From Macrostomum lignano (Eukaryota): a stretch of DNA of 64,000 nt. Position numbers and translations under genes: made by a program. Shown in pieces: positions 25,998 to 37,302 of this stretch (its first letter is position 1; the number at the start of each line of letters is the position of its first letter). Below the pieces are notes generated by a model. The model was not told where the DNA came from. It saw only the letters and a program-made list of their open reading frames with translations, and did not search any database. Where the stretch lies: positions 219,539 through 283,538 of the forward strand of contig NIVC01001275.1 in the NCBI GenBank assembly GCA_002269645.1, written 5' to 3'.

Positions 25998-27223
25998 TAT
26001 CTCTCCTCCTCTCTCTACTCTCTCCCCTCTCCATTCTCCTCTTTCCTCTCCTCTCTCCTCTCATCTCTGTAACCTCTCCTCTGTTCTCTCTACTCTCCCA
26101 TCTTTTATCTGTTCACTCTCGTCTCTGCTCTCTCACCCCCCTCTTTAATCTGGAATCTCTGTCTTATATGTTCTCTCACCTCTCTCCTCTGTACTCTTTT
26201 CTTCCCCCTCTTTTGACTCCTCACTTTCCTTTCTCCTTTCTTCTTTTCTCTTCTCTTCCCTTTTCTATACTCTGTCTCCCTCTCTTCTCTCACTCCACTC
26301 TCCTCTCTCCGTTATCTCTCATCTCTCATTTCTCATCTCTCCTTCCACATCTCTCATCTCTACAACCTTAGAGATGTAGAGATGTATCTTTATCTCTTCT
26401 CTCTTCCCTTTACTCTCTCATCTCTTCTTTCACCTGTTTCCTCTCTGCTCTCCTCTCTGCTGTCTCCTCTCTCCTCTCATCTGCAGCTCTCTGCTCTCTC
26501 CTGGCCCATCTCTCTTTCTCCTCTAATCTCTCCCCTGTTTCCTCTCCTCTCTCGTCCTTTCTCCTCTTTCCCCGTCCTCTCGGTTCTCTCCCCTCTCCTC
26601 CTCTCTCCTCACTCACTTCTCTCTCCCTTGTCTCCCCTCTCATCTCTTATTTCTATCCTTTTTTCTCTCCACTCTCCCATCTCTCGTCTGTTCACTCTCG
26701 TCTCTGGTCTCTCATCTCCCCTCTCTCATCTGCCATCTTTACTCTCTTATACTCGTATGTTTTCTCACCTCTCTCATCTGTACTCTTCTCTTCCCCTCTT
26801 TTGACTCCTCTTTTTCCTTTCTCCTTTTTCCCTTCTCTTCTCTTCCCTCTTCTATTCTCTCCCTCTCTTGTCTTCTCTCTTCTCTCTTCACTCTCCTCTC
26901 TCCTCTCATATTTCGCGTTCACTCTCATCTTTGCTCTCTACCCCCACTCTCTTCTGTCATCTTTACTCTCCACTCTCCTGTGTACACTTCTCTTTCCCCT
27001 CTACTGAATCCTCTCTTCTTACTCCTCTTCTCTTCCCTCTTCTATACTCTCTCCCCTCTATTCTCTTCTCTTGTCTCTGCACTCTGCTCTCTCTTCCTTC
27101 ATCTCTCATCTCTACTCTCTCATCTTTCCTTTCATCTCTCTCATCTCCACAATCTCATCTATTTCCTCTCTCCTCTTCTTCCCTTTACTCTATCATCTCT
27201 CCTTTCTCCTCTCTTCTTTCTCA

Positions 27224-27294
<71 letters not shown>

Positions 27295-28229
27295 TTTTAT
27301 CTTCTCTCTTCTCACTCCTCTCTACCTCTCTCTCCCCTCCTATCTCCTCTCTGTTCTCTATTCTCTTCTCACTCTTCTCTACTCTCCTCTCTCATCGATC
27401 CTCTGTCTCATCTCTCCCCTCTTCTCTCTTCCTCTTCTCTCCTCTACTCTTTCCTCTCCCTCCTGTCTCCCCTCCTCCTCCCATATTCTCTGCTCTCTCC
27501 TCGTCCTCACCCCACTCGTCTCTCCTGTTATCTTAATATATTCTCTCTTACCCCCCTCTCGCCCTTCCTCTCTTTCTAATAGTCTATTCATTTTCTTTTT
27601 CACTCTCATCTGGCCCGCAGCCATGAGTTGGATTCTTTATCTGGCCTTGAGTTAAAAATCTACCGATCCCTGCTTCGAAAGCCAGTTTGTGGGACGGTAC
27701 TATCATGGTTATCATTTCTCATGCTTTAATCACGTCACCTTTCTGGCCAATTAGCAGCCCTGAGAGGAATTTGTGTATCTCCAGCTCCACCACCACAGTC
27801 TGCACTCTGCAGCAGTCTAACAACCAAGGAAATACGCATTTCTTAGGAGTCATTTAAATTTTAAAGTTACCCTATGCGAAACTTAATGTTAAAAGCTTCA
27901 TGGTGTAACTAATTTAGTAGGATTGCATTGTAATCAGTTATTCATTAATTTTTCGATATTTTTACAAACCATCCCACATCGCCTTGGTTTGCCATCCTTG
28001 TTTAACTGCTGCAGACTTGTCTATTCAGAGGACAGTGGTTTGAAATTGAATCTCTCGCTAAACTCTCTCCTCTCCACGCCTCTCCACTCGCGGGGGTACA
28101 GAGAAGGCTATTAAAAAGTTATTCCAAAACACTGTACATTCGCTATGTACATTCAGTTCTTTCGCCTGACCCTTCGTCTGAGCTGGGGGAATGAGTGAGT
28201 GAGCGGCACAAACAACAGAAAAAGCAGAC

Positions 28230-28483
28230 GAATCCATAAAAATATCCCCATTCACAATCCCTATTTCCATGGCAACGCAGGTGATCCACGCCTACACGGC
28301 CCAGCACCAGGACGAGCTGACCCTCCACATCGGCGACGTGATCCGCGTCACCAACCGCAACCTCAGCGACGACGGCTGGTGGCAGGGCGAGCTGCACGGC
28401 CAGGTCGGCGTGTTCCCCGACAACTTTGTTGAGCCCTGCTCCGCCTCGGCTGCCGCGCCTGCCCGACAGGCCGCCTCCTCGAC
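28230..28483 (+). other. Duplicated fragment of the SH3 gene: end of intron 1, splice acceptor and entire second SH3 domain
   Basis: 254-bp match to 23491-23744. Acceptor CAG at 28278-28280; reading frame VIHAY...QAASS continues into the adjacent repeat as TREARVLGFVG* (stop ends at 28517). Confidence 0.93.
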
Positions 28484-29858
28484 ACGCGAAGCGCGTGTCC
28501 TTGGGTTTGTGGGGTGAGCGGAGCGAACGCGCGAGGCACAAAGTGCCGAGCATGAGGAACAAACAGCCAGCCAATGCGCGAAGCGCATTGGGTGGTCTGG
28601 CTTGTGACGAATATAATAATATGAGACGTGTGCATCGAAAAAATGACAAGAAAAATCTCACAAAAACTGCTGTAACTTCAAAACTACAAGTGCGAATTTC
28701 ACAAGTGAGGTGTCATTTTAAAGAGAAGAATCTGATCTATTTAACGAGTATAGTTTTGTATGGATTCACTGCGGAGAAAAGGAACAGGCTTCAGTTGAAA
28801 TGTTTGTCTTAAGATTATGTCTTTACAAAAGTGCATTTCCTCATGCACATTAAAACTCGAGCTAAAAATGTTCGAGGGTTATAGGTGCGCCTTACTAAGA
28901 TGCATAACATTATTGGGTTGTTTTTTTCAATTGTATCAAAAAGTTGGCACTTTGGTTGCAAAAAATGCAAAAATTGAAAATGTACTTTTACAGTTTTTTG
29001 CATTTTTTTCTATACTGCTAATAGTTAAGCATACATACTATGCACCAATTGATGCGCAATTCAAAGATACACAAGTGTGGAAGTTTTCAATTCTTAAACA
29101 TTTGAAATCAGAAAGTTATCGACGAAAGACTAAAAATCATGATCTCAAACTGATTTGAGGAAAAGTGCTCATTATAATTTTTGGAATATGGAAGAAACAA
29201 TTCAACGCCGTCATCTAATTCCAAACTAACTGTACTTTAAGGTACTGCGATGATTTTTTTATTGAAAGAGCGAAACCTGTTTAAATATTTGAAAAAATGG
29301 AAAAAAAGTACCTTTTTTCATAGAAATACACTCTTTTGACTGCTTAATCCGATTTCCAACAACAAAATAGTTGCTTTCCTGCTGGTGCAAACCGTTATTA
29401 GGGTGAATTTTCAAAATTGCATACTGTGCCAAAAGTAAACTGAAGCTTAATATTTATAAACATTAGAAACGGGACCACTAATGGGTATTTTACTTTGGTT
29501 ACTTACTATGGACTAAACTGGCACTGGCAGAGACAGATTTGAGAGAAACTAATTGCTCCATTGTATTTGTATTTGGCTCCAGCGTTACAAATTACAATAG
29601 CTATTTCGGGGTCTAACCGGCTAAGTTATCAAAAAAGCTAGATACCAATCACCAGTTTCATCATCAGCTATACCTACCACGATTTTATAGTCACATGCAA
29701 CAGTAATACCCTCCTTTAAAAGTTTTCAATATCTAAAATGATGTGTTAAATTTTATAAAATTTCATAAACAGTGAAATTTTAGCTGTTTACGTGCTGGTG
29801 GTTTGAACGTAGCTACTTTGTGCGAAAATACACTGTCATTAATACCGTACCTATTATT
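28484..29858 (+). repeat. Copy of about 13926-15304
   Basis: Constant offset of 14554 bp; begins inside the large hairpin and ends at CCGTACCTATTATT. Confidence 0.95.
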
Positions 29859-30450
29859 CTCTCTCTCTTGCTTCCCCTCTCTCTCTCTCTGCTCCCCCTC
29901 TCTCTCTGCTTTCTCTCTCTGTCCCCCTCTCTCTCTGCTTCCCCCCCTCTCTCTCTGCTTCCCCCCTCTCTCTCTCTGCTTCTCTCTCTCTGCTTCCCCC
30001 CTCTCTCTCTGCCCCCCCTCTCTCTCTGCTTCCCCCCTCTCTCTGCTTCCCCTCTCTCTCTCGCTCTTCTCTCTGCTTCTCTCTCTCTCTCTGCTTCCCC
30101 CTCTCTCTCTGCCCCCTCTCTCTCTGCTTCCCCCTCTCTCTCTCTGCCCCCCTCTCTCTCTCTGCTCTCTCTCTCTGCTCCCTCTCTCTCTGCTGCTTCT
30201 CTCTCTCTCTCTGCTTCCCCTCTCTCTCTCTGCTTCCCCCTCTCTCTCTCTCTCTGCTTCCCCTCTCTCTCTCTCTGCTTCCCCCCTCTCTCTCTGCTTA
30301 CCCCTCTCTCTCTGCTTCCCCCTCTCTCTCTCTCTGCTTCCCCCTTCTCTCTCTCTGCTTCCCCCTCTCTCTCTCTGCTTCCCCCCTCTCTCTCTGCTTC
30401 CCCCCTCTCTCTGCTTCCCCCCTCTCTCTCTGCTTCCCCCCTCTCTCTTA
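29858..30450. repeat. CT-rich compound microsatellite
   Basis: Units about (CT)n-GCTTCCCCC. Confidence 0.9.
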
Positions 30451-33028
30451 TCTCTCCTCTCCCATCTTTCTTCTCCTCTCTACTCTCTCCCCTCCATTCT
30501 CCTCTTTTCTCTCCTCTCGCCTCACTCACATCTCTCTCCCTTTATCTCTCCTCTCGTCTCTGTAATCTCTTCTCTCTTATCTCTCCTCTGTTCTCTCTAC
30601 TCTCCCATCTCTCGTCTGTTCATTTTCGTCTCTGCTCTCAGCTCATCCCCCCTCTTTCATCTGTCATCTTTACTGTCTTATATGTTCTCTCGTTCTGTCC
30701 TCTCTGTACTCTTTTCTTTCACCTCTTTTGTCTCCTCACTTTCCTTTCTCCTTTCTTCTATTCTCTTCCCTCTTCTATATACTCTCTCCCTCTCTTGTCT
30801 CGTCTCTTCTCTCTCCCCTCTCCTCCTTTATCTCTCATCTCTCATCTCTCATCTCATCTCTCCTTACACCTCTCTCATCTGTACAACCTTATCTCTTCTC
30901 TCTTCCAAGTTCCATTTACTCTCTCATCTCTCCTTTCTCCTCTTTACTAACTCCTCTCTGCTCTTTTCTCTGCTCTCCTCTCATCAGCAGCTCTCTGCTC
31001 TCTCCTCTCTACTCGCTCCTCTACTCTCTCCTCTCTACTCGCTCCTCTACTCTCTCCTCTCTACTCGCTCTTCTACTCTCTCCTCTCTACTCGCTCCTCT
31101 CTACTCGCTCCTCTCATCGTCCTCACTCCCTCATCTCTCCTATTATCTTTTATCTTTTATCTTATTCTCTCTCTCACCTCTCCTCTCTTTTCGAATAGTC
31201 TATTCCTTCTTCTCTCCACTCTCAACTGCCCCTCAGCCATAAGCTGGATTCTTTTCTGGCCTTTGAGGTAAAAGTCTGCCCATTCCTGCTTGGAAAGCCA
31301 GTTTGTGGGACGTAGTACTCTCATGGCTGTTCTCATCCCTTGATCATGTCATCTTTCTTGCCAATTTGCAAGCCCTGAAAAGAATTTTTGTATCTTTAGC
31401 TCCACTACAGTCTGCATCAGTCTAACAACAAAAGGAAATACGCATTTCTTAGGAGGCCATTTAAATTTTAAAGTACTTTTAAGAGAAACTTAAAATTTCC
31501 ATGGTGTGCCTAATTTAGTAGGGTTGTTTTTTAATTGCATTGCATCGCCTTTTCATAAATATTTCGCTTTTACAAACCATTCTGGATTGCCTCGATTTGC
31601 CAATTGCCATCCACTGTTAAACTGCTGCAGAGTTTGCCAATACAGAGGGGAGGGCAGTGGTTAGAATTTCTCACTAAACTGTTATGGCTAAACGTAGCCT
31701 CTCCACTCTCGGGGTGCAGAGAAGGCTATAAATAAAGTTATTCCAAAACACTGTACATTCGCTATGTACATTCAGTCCTATCGCCTGACCCTTCGTCTGG
31801 CTCTGGGGAATGAGTGAGTGAGTGGCACAAACAACAGAAAAAGCAGACAAACTTCACATGCTTACAGTTTCTTTTTCGGTTGAGTTACAGAGTTGAAACT
31901 TTACATTAAGATAGAGAATGGGTCAATGAAGAATTGTGTCAAGTTTGAAGTTAATCGCTTCACATGGAGCAAACTTATGGCAGCTGAAAGTTAGTCAATT
32001 TTGAAACCCTTTTACACATCTGGGCCCAGATCGGGATCGGGAAAGAGAGGCAGGCGGGTGGAGGTTGGGGTGGTTGCTACGCTGAAAAAAACAGCCAAAC
32101 TTTAAAAGTGCACAGCGGCTTTCAGGATTAACTTTGAGATTTGAAATTTTACACGATTGTGTCAAAATAGTTGAAAATTGCCTGTGTCAAATTTGAAGAG
32201 AATCGGTAGAAGTGGAGCGGCGCTATGGAGGATTTAGTGAAAAAATCGCGCATTTTGAGCAGTTTTTTGCACTTTTAGGTAGGAAGACTCAAATTTAGGA
32301 AATTTAAAGGTAGCCTAAGACATTCTCCGTAGTGAGTTTAGGGTGGGTGTAAAATTTGGTGTCATTTGGTTGAGCGGTTTGGGAGTCCATAGCGATCAAA
32401 ATTGTCCACACACACACACACACACAGAGTTTTGATTTTTATAGGTAGAGATTGTATACTATTAATATTAATTATACTGTCAGCACCAGAAATCGTATTG
32501 TTTACAAACTTTGTTTGCGAAACTTTATATTGTTTTTAATTGTTGTCTATCTGCTCAACCATTATTGCTATTGGATTGAATCAAGAGCAGAAATTTTTAA
32601 GTTCCGACATTACAGAATCCTTCTTTTATGGCTCTTACCTGCTCTAATTTAGTAGTTTTATTACTGGATTGGATTAACTGTGCTGTGAGGCTTTTTTGGC
32701 CCATTTATTGCATGAAAGTGCAAAGTACAGAAACAATGCGCTTTTCCAAGTTTCATTTATTTACAACATAACGTAACAATCAGATACTGTGCGCTTTCGC
32801 AACCCAACACAGTATTGTTGTCGCCGTGCTTTTTTTAAAGAAGAAAAAACAAATACACTGTGAATTGCAGTGCAAACTAAAGCACATATGACTGTGAAAA
32901 GCAACGTTTTCTGCTCTGCTATTCAATTTAATCAGTGATTTTTTTCTATTATGTCAAATTTTCAAAGGTTTACGAAAGTATCATTTTTGCACGATAGACC
33001 CTACGAGTACTTTTCTAACGCAACTTTT

Positions 33029-33299
33029 CAACTGGCGAGCCACGTGATCCGGGCCGAGGGCTACTGCCCCCAACCTGTTCAGGACGTCCTGCTGCTCACC
33101 CTGCGGGGCCCGCTCAGGCGGGGTCAGGCCCAAACCTGTCGATACGTGGACTGCCTCCTACGCGACGCCGGGGCGCCTGACACTGCCAAGAGGGCGAACA
33201 TCGTCCGCTCTCAGGCTCTGCGGCGCGCCATCTGACGCACCCTGCTCTGTGACTGTGCTTGCCAGGCTGCGTAATTTGTTGTTTGTTGTTGTTGTTGTT
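33029..33299 (+). mobile_element. 5'-truncated RTE-like non-LTR retrotransposon 3' end
   Basis: QLASHVIRAEGYCPQPVQDVLLLTLRGPLRRGQAQTCRYVDCLLRDAG resembles the RTE C-terminus (LAGH...DVLLW...RRGRP..YVD.L.RD); (TTG)n tail. Confidence 0.65.
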
Positions 33300-33379
33300 A
33301 ACGCAATATATGTACTGTGTACTATGAGTACTTGCATGTACTACATGTATGGCGGGAAGGTTTTACATTTTCTAAGAGA

Positions 33380-33650
33380 TGTGGCAGGCCACGTGATCCG
33401 GGCTTAGAGCTACTGACCCCAGTCTGTCAAGGACGTCCTAGCTGTGCAAACTTTGCCGGGACCGTTCCGTTGGTCTCAATTACGAGTAAGCGAGGACCCA
33501 GAGAGATACGTGAACTGTATCCTGAGCGACGCTGGGGCGCCCGACACCGTCAATGGGCCGGACTTCGTCTGCAAGTTTGGCGCTTCGGCAGCGATCTGCA
33601 GACGCTCCTTCCATTGACTTACTGGAGGACTACGTACTTTGTTGTTGTTA
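33380..33650 (+). mobile_element. Second, diverged RTE-like 3' end
   Basis: Colinear with 33029-33299 (GCCACGTGATCCGGGC, AGGACGTCCT, GACGC(C/T)GGGGCGCC); short TTG tail. Confidence 0.6.
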
Positions 33651-33871
33651 AGAGATTCGTTTGCTAAAATATTCAGAAACACATGCATGATATCATGAAT
33701 GAGTCCATAACAAGCTTAGCTTCGATCATGCCACGCACGGCTTACAATCGTCTTATTTTTTAACGTGACGTTCGTTGGTAATATTAGGGAAAAACTGCAG
33801 CACGTATTGCAAGAAGTAGAAATTAAACCGTGATGTATGTACATGTCGCGCAGCAGGCGCAGGCGTTTCAG

Positions 33872-34026
33872 CAGTGGCGCAACCAGAGGGGGGCGGCGTC
33901 CCCCCTTAGGCAGAGACTTTAAAAATCCAAGGGGAGCAAGCGAATTTTTGCCAAAAACAGAGCCACCCCCCTTCGCCCTTCTAGAATCCGTCCCCTAAAA
34001 CAAATTTCATGGTTGCGCTACTACTG
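33872..34026. mobile_element. hAT-type MITE
   Basis: TIR CAGTGGCGCAACCA / TGGTTGCGCTACTACTG; flanks CGTTTCAG and CGCTTCAG (7/8 TSD). Confidence 0.7.
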
Positions 34027-35329
34027 CGCTTCAGGTTCATAAGGAATAAGAGAGCAAACCAGAGTAGTTTATAATTCTGTTTTGACAAAAAATAGTCGTT
34101 TATTTACTGGCCGTTAAAGAGTTTAAAAAATATTTTTCAGTATTCAACACATCTTCAGCTTCTCATATTTTGCGGACACCGACATCAGTCGACGCCTATT
34201 AATCTATAGAAAGTATTAAAAATTTATTTAACCCTAGCATATTAGCTAATTTATTTTTTGTCTTTTTCGGTATCGCTACGATTATTACTTTGATGTGATA
34301 ATGTTAAACGCACGATTTTAAACGTTGTGAAAAGAAATTATATTTAATAACATTTTTTGTATATCATGAATGAAGTTTCTCCTTTTATTTAGTTTAAGTA
34401 TTTCTTTTCAACCAGCAGAGTCAGATAATCTATTTAAAAGTTCTACCTAGGCCTAACTAAATTCACAAATCACAAGGTTTTTTAGAAGTCTTATGCTTTA
34501 TTCATACAGCTTACTTGGTATATTACCGTATATATGAATATGCGGCAATAGTAGTGCAGTTTTGTTCGCGAAATTATTTTTCGTTTAAATTTGAAAGTTC
34601 GAAAGTTTGAAATTTCTATGCCAATGACACTGACAGGAAGTTGGCATAGGAGTAGGAACAGGGGCCCGTGGGGCCATGCCCCCCCCACTTTTCGAGAGTG
34701 GGGGCAGCAAAGTCATCTGGCCCCCATTTTTATTAGACAAAAAACTTTTTTGAACTTCTTACTCCTGATATAAAAAATCATATATGTAGGAATGGGGGGG
34801 GGCAATTGACCATGGTCCCCCACTTTTTTAAGCATTCATTCCTATGTATGCCATAGCTATGCAATAAACCTATGGAAGTTTGCATGCATGCAGGATGTAA
34901 ACGCAATAGGGTGCACATAGCAGATGTACACTTCTAGGCCTAAAAGAGGCTACGCCTATACCATGCTCTTATTGTTTTTAGAAACAATAAAAATCATATT
35001 AAGTAGGCCCCCTATATAAATTTAATAGTTTTTTAAACAAATTGTATAGGCCTATTATAAACTTAAACTAACATTTTAAAAAGTAAGGGCCTATATATAT
35101 TAGATAATGTAGGCCCCTATGCTTTTATTAAAATAGTTTTTGAATTTTTGTAACATTTAAATTTATATTAATAGTATACTATTAGGGGCTAAGAGATTTT
35201 AGATTTATTATATTGCTAATATGTTTCAAACTAAGGGCTTAGTCTAATAAGTGTTGATAGACAGTTGACAGAGCTTTTATATTATTAGCTTAGTAGTTTG
35301 TCTACCTTAATAGTTTGGTTCCTAGCATC

Positions 35330-35720
35330 CTCAAAGATTTGCAGTATTGTTGCAGGCTTGCCTAGGCTGCTTTTTGTTCTATGAGCCCTGAGGGCAGTCC
35401 TGCAGTCTAAGGTCTTACTTGACTACCAGAAGGCAGCATTGTTCTAGGCAATGATTAAGACTATCCTAGGCCTAATATATAATGTTGAGACCTTGATGCT
35501 AAAGGAGTCGCTTGAGTAATTAGTTGATAATATGGTATATGCTGGCTTGCTATATGCAGGCCATCTTCAATATTGGCTATAAGCAAGTGACCAACATAGC
35601 TTTGTATTGCCTCACTGGCCTAGGCCCCCTAGTCTATCTAAGCAACCTATTGCACCATTGGCGACTCCAGCTGGCAGGCCACATGATCCATGCTAAGTTG
35701 TACTGCGTATTCTGTCATTA
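35330..35720 (+). pseudogene. Old RTE-like retrotransposon fragment (post-RT region)
   Basis: Degenerate KAALFxAMIKTIL..NVETL...VTNIALY...HWRLQLAGHMIHA. Confidence 0.5.
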
Positions 35721-37302
35721 TTATTTATATGCTATAGTTTTTTGGTTTTACTAAAAATATTTGATATTATATAGAAATAGTGCATATATAATATATAAAA
35801 AATTCTAATTAAATGATGCAGGTCTTATGAAAATCAATTAAGCCATTTAGGATATAATTGATTGTACATAAACAAGTGTTGTAGGGCTTACTTCTGTCCT
35901 CTGAACTATCTCACTAAATGCTATCAAATTATTACAGGCTGACTTTTTTCTTAACAATATCCTTAAATAATGTTAAACATTATTTCTTAATTTCTAATTC
36001 CTAATTCTAGTAGTGTTCTGGTAGCATTCTGGTAGTATTCTTAGTACTATAATATGGCCTGAGCAGTCTTACTGGTAGTTAGATGTATTATTCTCCAGTC
36101 TGGGCATTACCAAGATTAGAGGGTCACACTGTCACAGCAATTACTCTTAGTATTCTCTTTGCATGAATTCCTGATTCCCAACTCCCAAGCTTCCTCACAA
36201 TACTTCTTAGAATAAATAAGCAATGGTCTGAGAATTGAGCACATTTTGAGCTTATAGCTATTGAACTAGTGAAAACACAAGTTATACAAGTTGCCTCTCA
36301 GCCTGCTCCTATTTATATTATCCAAACATGTGTATTTTTAAGAAACATAAAATATTGAGAATAGATAGAATATTTTGTAAAGTAAAATTATTAGCGCAGA
36401 TTCAAATTGTTATATTCTTAGAAACTATTAACCACTTCTACACTCCTACACAAGCAAACAAGATCTTCATTTTTAGTATATAGGATGATATATTGATTAT
36501 CTTTAAAAATGTTCTAGCATATGCTATGCTACTTTCCTGATTATAGTTAGATTTAAAAGGGCCTAGTAATGATTAAAGCTGTCATTCCAGATAAGGACGG
36601 TCGTAACATGTCACTGTATTTGGTCATATTTTTTCTAATAGGCGAAAGTATTTGAAACAAAAAACATGTGGTCTTGAAAGCACTTCGTATGGTCTTTCTT
36701 TTGCAAAAACAGTTGGCACAAATTGTTGTTTTATTAGGAGAATAATTAACAAAACATTCACATCCCGGTCGTAACCAGTGAAAAACGTAGATCACGTTTT
36801 TAAAAAGTAAACTAAAAGTTTACTCAACATATTCATTGGAACCACAAGCGAGTGACAAAAATATGCTACAAAGAAATGAAACAACAGGTAAGCAATGTGA
36901 TTCGCTTCTATTTTAGTACTTTTGATAGTTTAAAGTCAGTTTGTTAAAATCCCGGTCGTAACATCCCGGTCGTAACACTTTTGTCTCCCCGCAGTCACAC
37001 TCGGGAATTATCAACAAAGTGGCGGTGAGTCAAGTAATATCGTTCTTTTCTTGAAAGGTACATGTCTTATGATCGTTTGAAATGATAGTTAAACATTTGG
37101 TAAAAACTATTAAAACTTGTTTTGGACTTCAAGGTCAACGATAGCATTTTTTCAACATCTTTTATGACCTACAAAGTGACATTGAGTTTGATGGTACCCA
37201 AACACGCTAGATTTTGCATGCACTATTATAACACTGACAAATTAAATTTTCCCATTTCAGATCAGCAAAAACGTCGAAGTAAAAGCAGTAAAGTGAACAC
37301 AA

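Larger units (their letters stand above)
25256..32451 (-). mobile_element. Composite Helitron-like element containing captured or templated local sequence
   Basis: Ends are the inverted 3' (25256) and 5' (32451) termini of the 17833-20394 element. The interior holds 28230-28483 (copy of 23491-23744) and 28484-29858 (copy of about 13926-15304), and the 18440-19100 region is present twice (27600-28229 diverged, 31200-31850 close). Confidence 0.75.

Noticed and set aside
19054-31242. Long Leu/Ser-rich and Glu/Arg-rich ORFs (up to 479 aa)
   Set aside because: They are translations of CT/AG microsatellite tracts, which lack stop codons by composition.
34645-34850. Possible MITE with CATAGGA ends
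   Set aside because: The TIR is short and no TSD could be matched.
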